From Chthoniobacteraceae bacterium (GTDB taxonomy: Bacteria; Verrucomicrobiota; Verrucomicrobiia; Chthoniobacterales; Chthoniobacteraceae): a stretch of DNA of 64,000 nt. The notes beneath the pieces were generated by a model. It saw only the letters and a program-made list of their open reading frames with translations. It made no database searches and was not told the origin of the DNA. The stretch is taken from assembly GCA_040081625.1 (NCBI GenBank), contig JBEBGD010000014.1:1-64000 (forward strand), given 5' to 3'. Made by a program: the position numbers and the translations under genes. Positions 26,101 to 38,100 of this stretch are shown here, piece after piece. Each line of letters starts with the position of its first letter. The stretch's first letter is position 1.

Positions 26101-29100
26101 GGTCACCATGTCGGTGAGCGTGAAGCTGATGCCGTAGGCGCCCGCCGTCCCCGGCGCGAAGGCGAACTCGTGTCCCGCGCCGCTCGCGACCACGACCTGC
26201 ATGGCGTCGCGCACTTCCCATGTGGCGGTGTAGGCCGCGGCGAAAGCGGTGCCGTTCAGCAAGCCGCCGAAGCTGATCAATTCTCCGGTCGCACCGAGCG
26301 TCGGGCCAGTCACGCCGACCGTGAGGCCCGGCGCGGGTTGATCGATCCGCAGCGTGGAAACCGATGTGCCCTGCGCGCCGGTCGCCGTGTCCGTGATCAC
26401 AAGGCGCACGCTGAAGTTCCCGATCACCGCGGGGACAAATGTGAACGTGCTGCCAATGCCGGATGCGATCACGACATTCATCGCATCGCTGATCTGCCAC
26501 GCGGCTGTGTAATCCGCGGGCAGCGTGCCGCCATCGACAAGCGCGGCGAACGTCAACGCCTGCCCGCGCACCCCGGCGATCGGGCCGCTCACGCCGCTCG
26601 AGAATGTCGCAGCCGGCGGCACGACGCTGAGCACCGCGTTCGCCACGCCGAACGCACCGCCATTCGGATCGACGATCTGGAGCTGCACCGTGTATTGGCC
26701 CGGCGCCACAGGCAGGTGGAGGAATTGCGAGCCGCTGCCCGTCGCGACGACGGCATTCTTTTGGTCAAACACGAGCCACGTCGCGTGGACGTCGCCGCCG
26801 AAGGCAGCCGCATCCAGCAACCCGCCGAACGTCAGCAGCGTCCCGCGCACGCCTTGCACCGGGCCGGCGAAACTCACGTCGAGCGTCGGCGCGGTGGCGG
26901 CGACATCGAGCAGCGTCGTGACGAACTCCGTGGCCGCGCTCGCCGGGTCGTTGAGCGTCAACTTCACCGTGAACTGCCCGGCGGTCCCCGGCACGAAGAC
27001 GAACTGATGTCCGGTCCCGCCATCGACGACGACGCTCGCATTGTCGCGCACTTCCCACACAGCGGTGAACGCAGTCGGGGCCGGCGCGCCGTCGAGCAGT
27101 GCGGTGAAGACCGCGCCCTGGCCGATGAACGTGTTCGCCGGGCCGTTCACACCGGCGTGGATCGTGCCCGCCGTCGTGTTCACCCGGATCGTCGCGTTCG
27201 TGAGCCCGAAGGCGCCGCTGGTCACATCGAGCACGACGAGCGTGATGCGATAGTCGCCGGCCTTCTTCGCGTTGAACGTAAAGTCCGCGCCGGTGCCGCT
27301 CGCGATCACCGCGCCAGTCGCGTCGAGCACCTGCCACACGGCGGCGATTCCACTACCAAGGGCGCGCCCATCGAGCAGCGCCGCGAAGTCGAATGTGCGA
27401 CTGCCGGGCGCGCGCGGCTCGACCGTGATCGTTGCGTTGAGAGTCGGGACGCGCACGGTCGTGCCATCGGGCGGGAGCACCGAGACATCACCGCGATGTG
27501 CAAACACGCCGCCCGTTGCGCCGACATCGACGAAGAACTCGCGCAGGTTCGGCGTGAGCGCGGCGAACAACATGTCACGCACGAGGAACGTCGTTTTGCG
27601 CGGCAGGTTGCCAGTCTGCGCCGCGAGCTTGTTCGTGCCGAGCGTGTCCACCATCGAGTCCTTTGCTTTCGAGAGCGTGCGGCCGGCGGCGAGGGTCGTC
27701 CGGGTGCTGAGGAAGGCGAAGTCGGTCGACACATGGCTGAAGCCGTAGGTGAGCGGCACCATCTGCGTCGGCGTTGCCGCGCTGAAAGGCACGACCATCG
27801 CGGCGCTGCGCGAGAAGAGCACGTCGTTGCCAGCGTCGCCCCTGATCACATCGATACCTGAGCGCAGCGTCACACCCTTCGCTCCACCCGCATGGAGCAA
27901 GGCCTGCGGCGAGAGCGCATAGGTCGTGCGGTAGCTCTGCCCGCCGAGCATGAGGCGGAGCTGGTTGAGATTCCGCCCGATCTCCGAGCGGATCTGGATC
28001 AGGGTCATCGCCGGGTTCGCCACGATCGGCACCACGACAACGCCTTGATCGCCGATGAGCAGGTCGTTCCCGAGGCCGCCGCGGATCGTGTCGTTGCCGC
28101 TGTCGAGGTCGTATTCGAAGACCGAGCGCACGAGCTTCAAGTCCGCCGCGTCCGGTCGGCGCGCGACGATGTTCACGACGTTGGTCGCGAGATGGTAGGC
28201 GAGTTCCGGCGCGCGGATCTTCTGCTGCGTCGCGAGCGCGGCCTGCGTGTCCTTGAGCACCTGCGGCGTGATGCCGAAGACGTTTACCGGCTGCGCGTAG
28301 ATGACGCCGTCGAGCACCGGCGCGATAAGCGCACCTTCGTCGCCGATGATCACGTCGTTGCCCGACCCTCCGTCGATGATGTCGTTGCCGAGGAAGAGGT
28401 GGTGATAGTCCGGATCGATCGCCTTCGGGCGCAGCTTCGGATCGCGATTGGGGTTGTTCGCGAGTGCGTCGCCGACGAGGTCGTGAAGCACTCCGATGTG
28501 GGCGTCCAGCACGAGGTTCTGGAAGTCGATCGCGATGTATTCGAGGTCGCGCAGGAAGCTGTGGTAGCGCAGCGCAGCAGTCGTGAAGTCGGGCGCGGCC
28601 ACGGGGCTGCCGGCTGCGAACGGCGCCATCAACATCGCGTTGTCGCCGAAGATGTAATCGTCCTCGCTGCCGCCCGCGACGATGTCGTTGCCGATGCGGA
28701 TGTCGTGCGGCGTGGTCGCGGTGCCCGTGAGTTGTTCGAGCAGGTCGAAATCGAGCGACAGATAGTGCAGCGCGCTGAGCACGGAGAAGACGCCCTGGCG
28801 GACACTCTCAGTCGCCGCGTCGATCGCCGCCAGGCCGCTGAAGATCGGCGAGATCACCGTGACGTCGTCGGCGAAGATCGTGTCCGCGCCCGCGCCGCCG
28901 TCGATGATGTCGTTGCCCGGCAGCGCGTCGGCGTGGTGGACGAGGTCCGGCACGAAGGAAATCAACGGAAGCGTGTTCGAGCCGTCCGCGCGGCGCAGCG
29001 CATCGGCGGTCGCGAGATCGCCGAAGGCGAAGTTCGGCACGAAGGTGATCTGCGGCGCCGTCGAGTTCAGCTCGAGCGGCTGGAGCGCCATGTTCGGCAC

Positions 29101-32100
29101 GATCACGGTGCCGCCCGCGGCGAGTTCGTAAGGCACGCCCGCGTCCGCGCCGATGAGACGCACGCCGCTCACGACCTGCGGCAGGTTCGTGCCGAACGGC
29201 ACCGAGTTGAACACGCCATCGGCAAAGATGATGTCGGCGCCATCGTTGCCGTTGAGCGTGTCGCTTCCGCGCTGGCCGAAGAGCAGGTCGTCGCCGTCGC
29301 CGCCGTTGAGCGTGTCGTTGTCGGCAGCGAGGAGGTCGATGAGGATCAGTTCCGTATTCCACGCGCCGCTGTCGCTGTTGATCTGCTTCGCGCCGCCGGG
29401 CAGGTAGGTGCCTCCGAGCACGGCGAGGTCGGCACCGAGCAACTTCGCGGCAAGCAGCGGGTCATCCAGGCGGAGCGGGTGCTCGTCCATCTTGATCACC
29501 GCTATGATCCGACCCACGTCCTCGAGGAATATGTCGCGGTGCCACGAGCCATTCGCATTCAGGCGCGGCGTGCCGTCGGCATTGAAGGCGCGGACGATCC
29601 GGCCCTCGTCGCCGAGGACGACATCGTTGCCAGCGCCACCACTCGATGTGTCGGAGCCGAGGCCGCCGATGATCTCGTCATCCCCTGCCCCACCGTCGAT
29701 CACGTCAGCGCCGAGTTGCCCGAAGATTTGATCCTGCCCGTCGCCGCCGAGGAGCGTGTCGTTTCCAGCGACGAAGTCGATGAAGTCGAAGCGCACGATC
29801 GTGCGAATGACGACTGTCACAAACGGCGCGGGATAGGTGCGCCATGCGGACGGATAGCCCGGCAGCACCTCGCGGGAAATGAGGCCGTTGTCGCCGAGGA
29901 TCACATCCTCCCCGGTGCCGCCGTCGCCGAAGTCGTTGCCGTCGGCACCGAAGAACACGTTGTGGCCGCCGGTGATGTCGTCGTTGCCGGCGCCGCCAAA
30001 GAGACGGTCATCACCCTGCTGGCCGAGGATGAAGTCGTCGCCGTCATCGCCCAAGATCGTGTCGTTGCCGCCGCCGTCGGTGGCGCCGGTGAAGATCGAG
30101 AGGAAGTTCTGGCTGGCCGGGCGCGCGACAGCGTAGCCGCCGGCGTCGCCGAGCAGCACGTCGTGGCCGTTGCCGCCCGAGATCATGTCGCCAGCGGTGC
30201 CGGCGAAGATGATGTCCTCGCCGTCTTCGCCGAATATCATGTCGCTGCCGCCGATGGTCGGGTCGGTCGAGGTCATCGTCGAGAGCACGCCCGCGACCGG
30301 GAAGTCGAACACGCCGTTGTCGCCGAGCACGAAGTCGTCGCCCGCGCCGGCGTGGATCGTGTCGTTCGCCGCGCCACCCGCGATGAGGTCGCTCGCCGCG
30401 CCGGTCGTGATGTTGTCATTGCCGCCGATCGCGGGATCGGTCGTGGCGAAGCGAATCATCGCGCCGGCGAGATCAAAGGTCGCCACGCCGTTGTCGCCGA
30501 GGATGTAGTTGCGCGCAGTCGGGTTGAGCGTCGTGATCGTATCGCCAGCGGCGCCGCCGAGGATCACGTTCGCGCTGTCGCCGCCATCGATCATGTCGCC
30601 GCCGCCGATCGCCGGGTCGGTCGTCTCGGCGCGCAGGAGCAGTCCGGTGGTCGCGTCGTAGGTGATGCGGCCGTTGTCGCCAAGCACCACATCGAACGCC
30701 GCATCGGAACCCGCGTGAATGGTGTCGTTCGCCGCGCCACCGAGGATCACATTCGCGCCGAGGCCGGAGGTGATCGTGTCGTTGCCGCCGATCGCCGGAT
30801 CAGTCGTGCGGACCTCGACGAGCACGCCGTTGCGGAACGTCGCGACGCCGTCGTCGCCGACGAGCACGTCGGCCTGCACGTCGGAGGTCGAGAGATCGAG
30901 ATCGAAGCCGAGGATCGTGTCGCCGCCCGCGCCGCCGAAGATGAGGTCGCGGCCCTCGCGACCACGGATCGTGTCCGCGCCGCCGACGGCTGCGTATTCC
31001 GTGAAGGCGAATGACGTCGGCCGGATCGTGCCATCCGTGAAGTCGCCGGGGCCGGCGTGGCCGAGCACGGAGACGATCGTCGAGCCGTCGAGGAAGATCA
31101 CCTGGCCGCGGTCGCCGAAGATGATGTCGTGCGCCTGGCCGCCGGTGATCCTGTCGTCGCCCTGGCCGCCAAAGATGATGAGCGGGAGCGTGGAGCTGCT
31201 CGCATCCACGACGTCGTCATCGGATGCGGCGGTGTTGTGGTAGGCGCCCTGCGTGTTCAGCACGAAGAAGTCGTCCTCGCCGGCCGTGAGCGTCACGGTC
31301 ACGTCGTCGTTGCCGAGGCCGGTATTCAGCGTGGAAATGGTGCGCAGACCGTCCCGCCGCAGCGTGCCGTCGATGCTGATGAGATCGGCGCCGAAGCCGG
31401 TCCAAATCGTGATGCCGTTCGCAAAGTTCCCGTCCGCTTTGTTCGCGCCGTAGGTGATGATGCCCGGCGCGAGGCCGGCGATGCGGATCTCGGAGTTCGG
31501 GAGCTCGACGAGGCCGGCGAACGCCACGTTCGTCAACCGGTCGCTGATGACCACCGAAGGATCGCCCGCGGTCGCTGCTTCATCCGAGACCATCAGCGTC
31601 TGCCGGCCCGCGCCGCCGTCGATGTTCAGCGTGCCGCGGATGTCGTTGAGCGTGCCATTGAGATAGTCGTAGCCGGCGACGTTGTCCGGGCGGCGATCGG
31701 CTTGCGATGAGACGTAGATGCGGTCGTCGCCATCGTGCGTGCGCACGTTCGTGACCGTGCCCGCCGCGCTGCCGCGGATGTTGAAGATGTCGCTGCCGGC
31801 GCTCAGGTCGATGTTCAGCGTCTCGACGGCGTAGTAATGGATGCCCTCGAGTTGTGTGCCGAGCGTCGCGCTGCCTCGCTGCGTGCCGAGGTCGAGCAGT
31901 GCGCCATCCACGTCGAGCGGGTCGATCCGCAATGTGGCGAACTGGCCCTGGAACGTGATGACATAGACGTTGCCTTGCTTCGTGACGCCGACGTTGGCGG
32001 TGTTCGGCGCAGCGGTGAGCGGCGTCGTTGCGTTTGCCGGGTTGAGCAGCGGGTTCAGCGCAGCGAGCACTTCGGCGGCGCTGGCGTCGTAAGCGATCGG

Positions 32101-35100
32101 CTGCGTGAAGACCGGCGCGCCGCCGCCGAGCCGCAGGCCGAGGCGGAAGGTGCCGCCGGTCGCGTTGACCGTGAGTGACTGCGGCGGGAGCGAGACATCG
32201 CCGGCGAGCGCCGAGTCGTCGAGGTCCGCCGGGTAGATCGAGAGGCCAGCGTAGGCGCCCTGGAAGGTGAAGACGAACGCGCCCGGGGTGCGCACAACAT
32301 CGAAGTTGTGCGTATGCGGCAGATCGAGGTCGGCATTGGCCGGATTGAGGATCGGATCAAGCGCCGCGCGGATGTCCGCCGCATCCGCGTCGAAGTCGAT
32401 CGGCGCGCTCCAGACTGTCGTGCCGGTGATCGTCGGCACGAGCGCGCGGGCGATCACGAAGAAGTCGTCGCGCTGCTCGTCGATGCCGTGCTGGATCGCC
32501 TTGATCGCATCAGCGTCGAGGCGGAAGCCGATGCGGAAGGTGCCCGCGGTCGCATCGATGTTTAGCACCTGCTGATTCGTGACGCCCACCCCCGGCACCG
32601 TCGTGCCGTCGCGGACGGTGCTGACGAGGACAAAGGCGGACGCATCGTCGTTCGCCACGAGCTGCGTGTCTGCGATGAGGCCGGCAAACGCATCCTGCAG
32701 CAACATCCGCTGGAGCTGGCTGAGCGCGGTGCCCGCCGGGTTCGTGGCCAGCAATGCGAGGGTCTCCGGACGCAAGGCAACGCCGGCGAAGGTGACCGGA
32801 TCGTAGAGCGGCGTGAGGCGATCGATGAGCAGGTTGAACTCGCCGAGCAGCGCATCACGCAGCTGCATCTGGGTCGCCATGCCGCTGTCGAGGAGGTCGC
32901 GCGTGGACGGCGAGAAGAGCGCGCGCAACGCTGTCGAGAGCGGAGTGCCCGCGGTCGCGGAGAGGGCGCTCGCGAGCGCCGGCACATTGGTGAAGTCGTC
33001 GGGCGTGAACAGCGAAGGCAGCCAGGCGAGTTGCTGGAAGTTCACCCCCGCCAGTCCGCCGGTGAACGTGACGAGATAGGTGACATCGCCAGGCGTGCGA
33101 CTCTCGCTCACCATGATGTCTGGCGAACCATAGGTGAGGCGCAGGAGGTCGCGCACCGCGGCAGCCGTGGCGCTGTAATTAATCACGATCTCCGCGTAAG
33201 CAGCGCGGCGGATGAGTCCGGTCGCGGTGGTGGTGAAGCCGTTGTCGGTGCCGAAGCCCGGCACCCGCAGCACATACGATCCGCTCTTCGCTTGCACCGT
33301 GATGCGCTGCACTTCGGAGAGCGTGAAGAGATTCAACCCGGTGATGCTCGTGCCGGTGAGCGTGCCGGTATTGCTCTGCGGCACGGCGACGTTGCGGACG
33401 CTCACGGTCCACGCGAGGTCGGTGCTGTTCGTGCCGACGAGCGAGATCTCGAAGACCTTGGTGTTCGCGTCGCTCAGGTCGGCGCGCAGGGCGACGAGCA
33501 CTTCGCTGTTGAGCGTGCCGAAGAGCGCATTGAGCGCCTGCCCGACTTGCGCGGCGCTCATCGAGAAGTCGAGCGCAGCCTCGGCGTAGCCGTTGAAGCG
33601 CGCGATGCCGGGCAGGTTCGTGAGCGGCAGGCCAAAGCCGAGCGTGCGCAGCGTGTAGCGGCCATTGGCGGCCTTCACCGTCAGCTCGCGAGGATCGTTC
33701 ACGCTGAGCGGCGCCGTGCCGTCGAGGTAGAGCACGCCGATGCTGGCGTTGTCGTGGACGTTCAACGTGTCGGCGCCGGCGCCGCCATCGACGACGAGCA
33801 TCCCGGAGAGCTGGGCGATCACGAGATCGTTGCTCATCAGGTTGATCGTGTCCGCGCCATTGCCGGTCTGGATGACCGTGTGCCCGAGGATCGTCTTCAC
33901 ATTGATCGTATCCGCGCCATCCGCACTCGTGATGAACGTGAGGCCGCGATGCGTGGACTCGATGGTGAAACTGTCCGCGCCCGAGCCGAGCTGGATGTTC
34001 ACCACTTCGAGGCTGCCGTAGGTGATCCCGCCATCGAACTCGCGGCCACCGACGACGGTCGCGCCGCCCATGCCGAGGCCGGTGACGCGATCTTCGGTCA
34101 GCGTGCCGCGATCGTCGGACGGACTGTCGCCGTTGAGGATGTTCAGGATGTCCACCTGGTCGGCCTCGTTCACGCGCGTGTTGAGATTCACCGGCGCGTA
34201 GAAGTAGGAATCGCCGATCGCGACCGCCTTCAGCGTGAGCACGCCGTCGGTGCCGATGGTCGGCAGGAATGCCGCCGGCACGAGCGCCGCAAGCCCGCGC
34301 ACCACGTCCGAGGCGCGGTCGCCCGGCAGCACCGTGTAGGTGTAGGTGCTCGTGCCGAGCGTGATGCTGTAGCTCGTGCGCGTGAGCGTGCCGGTGAGCG
34401 AGACCTCGGCGCGCTCCGCCACATCCGGCGCGTCGGTGGTGCTACGCGACGGCGCGATCGTGAGCCCAAGGTCCGCGCTCACGCTGATCGTGAACGGCGC
34501 GGCGACCGCCTGCACGAGCGTGATCGTGTCGCCGGTGATGCCCGGCTGGTAGTCGTCGCCGGCGGGGTCGTTGTTGATCTGCGTGAGCAGGTCATTGGTG
34601 ATGTAGGCCGCCGGGTCCGCGGGCAGCGTCATCGGGAGCGTCGAGGTGAAGCTTAGGCCCGCGAAGTCGATCGTGAAGCTGTCGCCCGGCTGGAAGTCGC
34701 CGTTGAACACCCACGCCGCCTGCGTCCACGAGAAGCCGGTCGGGTCGAGCGGCGTCCCGCGCACGGTCGGGATGATCGAGCTGTTCGCGTCGGTGGCGAA
34801 GCTGAAGCGGAACGTGGCGGCCGGCTTGCCGATGATGAGGCGGTTGCCGAAGACGCTCGCGAAGAAGTCCACGTAGAAACCGCCCGGGAGGACGGCGCGC
34901 AATTTTTCGACGAGCTCAAGGGTCGTGGAAATCTCGGGCGCGATCTCGTTCCTAAACGCGTCGCCGAGGAGCTGGCGATTCAGGCGGAAGAGCGCCTCGC
35001 CGGTCGGGTTCTGCGCGATCAGGTTCTGCGTGTCGGTAGCGAGCACCACGCCCTGGAAGCGCGTCTGGTCGTAGATCGTCGCGCCGGTGATGATCGCATT

Positions 35101-38100
35101 CAGCTCGGTCACCAGCGTGCTGAGCACCACGTCGGCCGGCGTCGCCACGCTCGTGAGCAGCGTCTGCGCGCCGACCGAGAGGCGGTTCCAGAGGTAGAGA
35201 CTCACCGCGTCGGTGTGGGCCACGAGCTTCTGCTGGAGAGACGCGGCGTCCGTGATGTCGGCGGGAGCGAGCGTGACGCTGCGGACGGTGTAAGCCGTGC
35301 CGTCGAGCGTCACCGTCCACGCTTCGTTGCGGCTCACGACACCGCTCAGGCTCACCATCACGCTGCGCCAGTCGATCGAGCCGACCTGGCTCTGAGTCGG
35401 GATGCCGGTGAAGGTGACGAGGCCCGGGCGACTCGCGCTGAAGGTGGTCGCGAAGCCGTTGTTCGAGCCGATGCTGAGGATGTTTTTGTTCGTGCCGAGG
35501 CCGCTGCCGATGCTCAAGGACTTCAGATCGATCGCGCTCCCGTTCGCGCCGTTGTCGAGCAGCGTGACATTGTAGAGCGAGAGATTGATGCGCGGATCGA
35601 AGCCGAGGCGCTCGCCGTATTCGGGCAGCGTGTGGATGGCATACACATCGGTGAAGCGATCCTGCGGCCCCGCGGCGGGCAGGCTGATGATGCGTCCGTC
35701 GGGCAGCGGGAAGTTCGTCTCGCCCGGCAGGCGGAACGGATCGTTGAGGAACGCATCCTCGGCGACGCCGATGCCGCCATTGATGATGAGCGGACCACGG
35801 ATCGCATTCACGCGCGACTCCGGCGCCGCAAACACGAGCGCGTCGCTGCCATCGGCGACGAGATCATCGACCGCTTCGACGAAGACTTCCTGCGGTGCAT
35901 TCCAGACGGGCACCGTCACCCAGGTGCCGTTCGCATTGAGGTAGGTCACATGCACCGCATTCGTCGTATCCACGTAGATCGAGCCATCCGCCGCGACGAG
36001 CGCGCCCGGCGCCGCCGCCCCGCTGAGGATCCCGGTGAAGTCCGTCCACACATCAGGCGCAAAGATGACCTGCGGCGACACCGCCGTGCTGCCGTCGTAG
36101 TCCGGCGTGACGAAGACGTTCGCCTCGAACTTCGCCCCGCCGGCGCGCACGATCGAGATGTCCGAGCCGACGATCGTGAACGTGTAGATGCCCGCGATGC
36201 TGCTCGCCGCGAGCGCGGCATTCAGGCCGGTGGCGATGTTCGCGAGCGTGTCGCCCGGCTGCGCGATGTAGCGCAGTTCGATCGAGTCGAGGAAGAGCTT
36301 CCACACTTCCGGCTGCGAGCCGCCCTGCGTCGGGTGGCCGGTGAGCGACACGAGCGCGCTGTAGCTGCCACTCGCGCCAGCGCCGTTCACCGTCGCACCA
36401 TTGCGGTCGCCGGTGACGGTGAAGGCGACGGTGAACTCGGCCATGTCGGTGCGGGCGACGGTGAGTTGCGTGCCGGTGAGCAGGACCGAGTAGGCGGCGA
36501 AGCGACCGCTCGCGAGCACCGAGTTCAAGCCGGCCGCGATGTCGGCGAGCGTGTCGCCCGCGTTCACGTGGTAGTTCACATCCACGCCGTCGAGCGTCAG
36601 CTTCCAGATCTCGGGCGTCGGCACACGCGTGGTGCCAGCACCCACGATGTCGATCGTCGCGCTGAAGGCCGGCGTGGCGTTGCGCGTGATGAGCGCACCG
36701 CCGCGCGTCTGCATCATCTGCGTGAAGAATGGCGCGCCGACCGAGGTGATCGTGATCGTTCGGCCGTTGAGCGTGGCGATGTAGCCGGAGCGCGCGTCGA
36801 TCTGCGCCGTCAGGCTCGCGGCGATGGTCTCGAGCGTGTCGCCGGCCTGCGCCTGGTAGCTGAAGGTCTGCGGTTTTCCGGTCGCGTGGTCGGGCGCGGT
36901 CGTCTCGGCTTCGGTGAGCTGGAGCGTCCAGACTTCGCCGGGGATCACCGCGCCGCGCAGCTCGACGAGCGCACGGATGGTCGCCACGCGGACCTGCACC
37001 GAGTCGTGGCGACCGTTGTTCTGCGTCGGATCGAAGGCGAACTGCGAGTTGTAGGTCCGCGTGAGCTGCGGCACCACATTTACATAGACGAGGTGGCCCG
37101 GCGCGCTGGTGAGCGTGACCGAGTAGCTGTCGGTCGTCGGCGCCTGCTGGTAGGCCCCCGGCAGTTCCTCGCTGATGTGGTAGGAGATCTCGAACTTGCT
37201 CGTCGCATCCGGGTCGGTGGTCCAGACGCGATCGAGCGAGTAGGTCTTCTTCTCCGCGTCGTAGGCGATGACCGTCGCCGTCTGGCCGCGACCCGTGCCC
37301 TCGGTGATCGTCAGCGTCTTACCCACGAGCCCGACGGCGTTCGGGTTCGAGTCGTGGCCCTGGATCGAGATGATGAGGTCGTAGGACTGGCCGCCGATCA
37401 CGCCATCGAGCAGGCCGTCGTAGAAGACCGTGTTCTGCACCTGGCCGAAGAGATCCGTCTCGTCGTAGTCGATGAACGAGCGCACGCGCACGAAGTAGGT
37501 GTCGCCCGTGACGCTCGCGCTGTTGATGTCGAATTCGAGGAAGCCGTCGCGATCGGTTTCGCTGCCGGCGTCGATGACGCTCCGATGGCCGGGCGCGCCG
37601 TAGTAATCGGACGCGAGCACCGTGCTGCCGTCGGGCCCGATGAGCTCGATGGCCGTGCTGGCGGTATAGCCGAAGAGGTAGAACGGATAGAAATCGAAGC
37701 CGGTGACGAGATTGCTGCGGTCGATGTCGAGGACGACCTTGAGCTTCCCGCCGCGCACGACGTCGAAGAAGAATGGATCTTGATTGCCCGCGGTCGAGAC
37801 GCGGTCGGTCACGGTGATGCCGAAGCCACCCGAACCGGACGCCACGCTATAGACCGGGTTGCGCGTGTTGCCGGCGCCATCGGTCACCGCGCCGGTGAGC
37901 AGCGGCAGGTTCGTGCGGCCCGGCCCCGTGAACGTGATGAGCCATGGATCGCCGACCGCGCCGGAGCCGGTGACATCGACGCTCAACTGCTGCATGCCCG
38001 GCAGGGCGATGGCTTCGAGCGCCGCCTTCACCTGGGCCGGCGTCGCATTGTAGGGGATCGCCGCCGTCGTATAGACCGCCGCGTTGAGCGAGTTATCGAG

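Noticed and set aside
32671..35275. Helical inserts as inteins
   Set aside because: No Hint-domain motifs and no C-terminal His-Asn followed by Cys/Ser/Thr.
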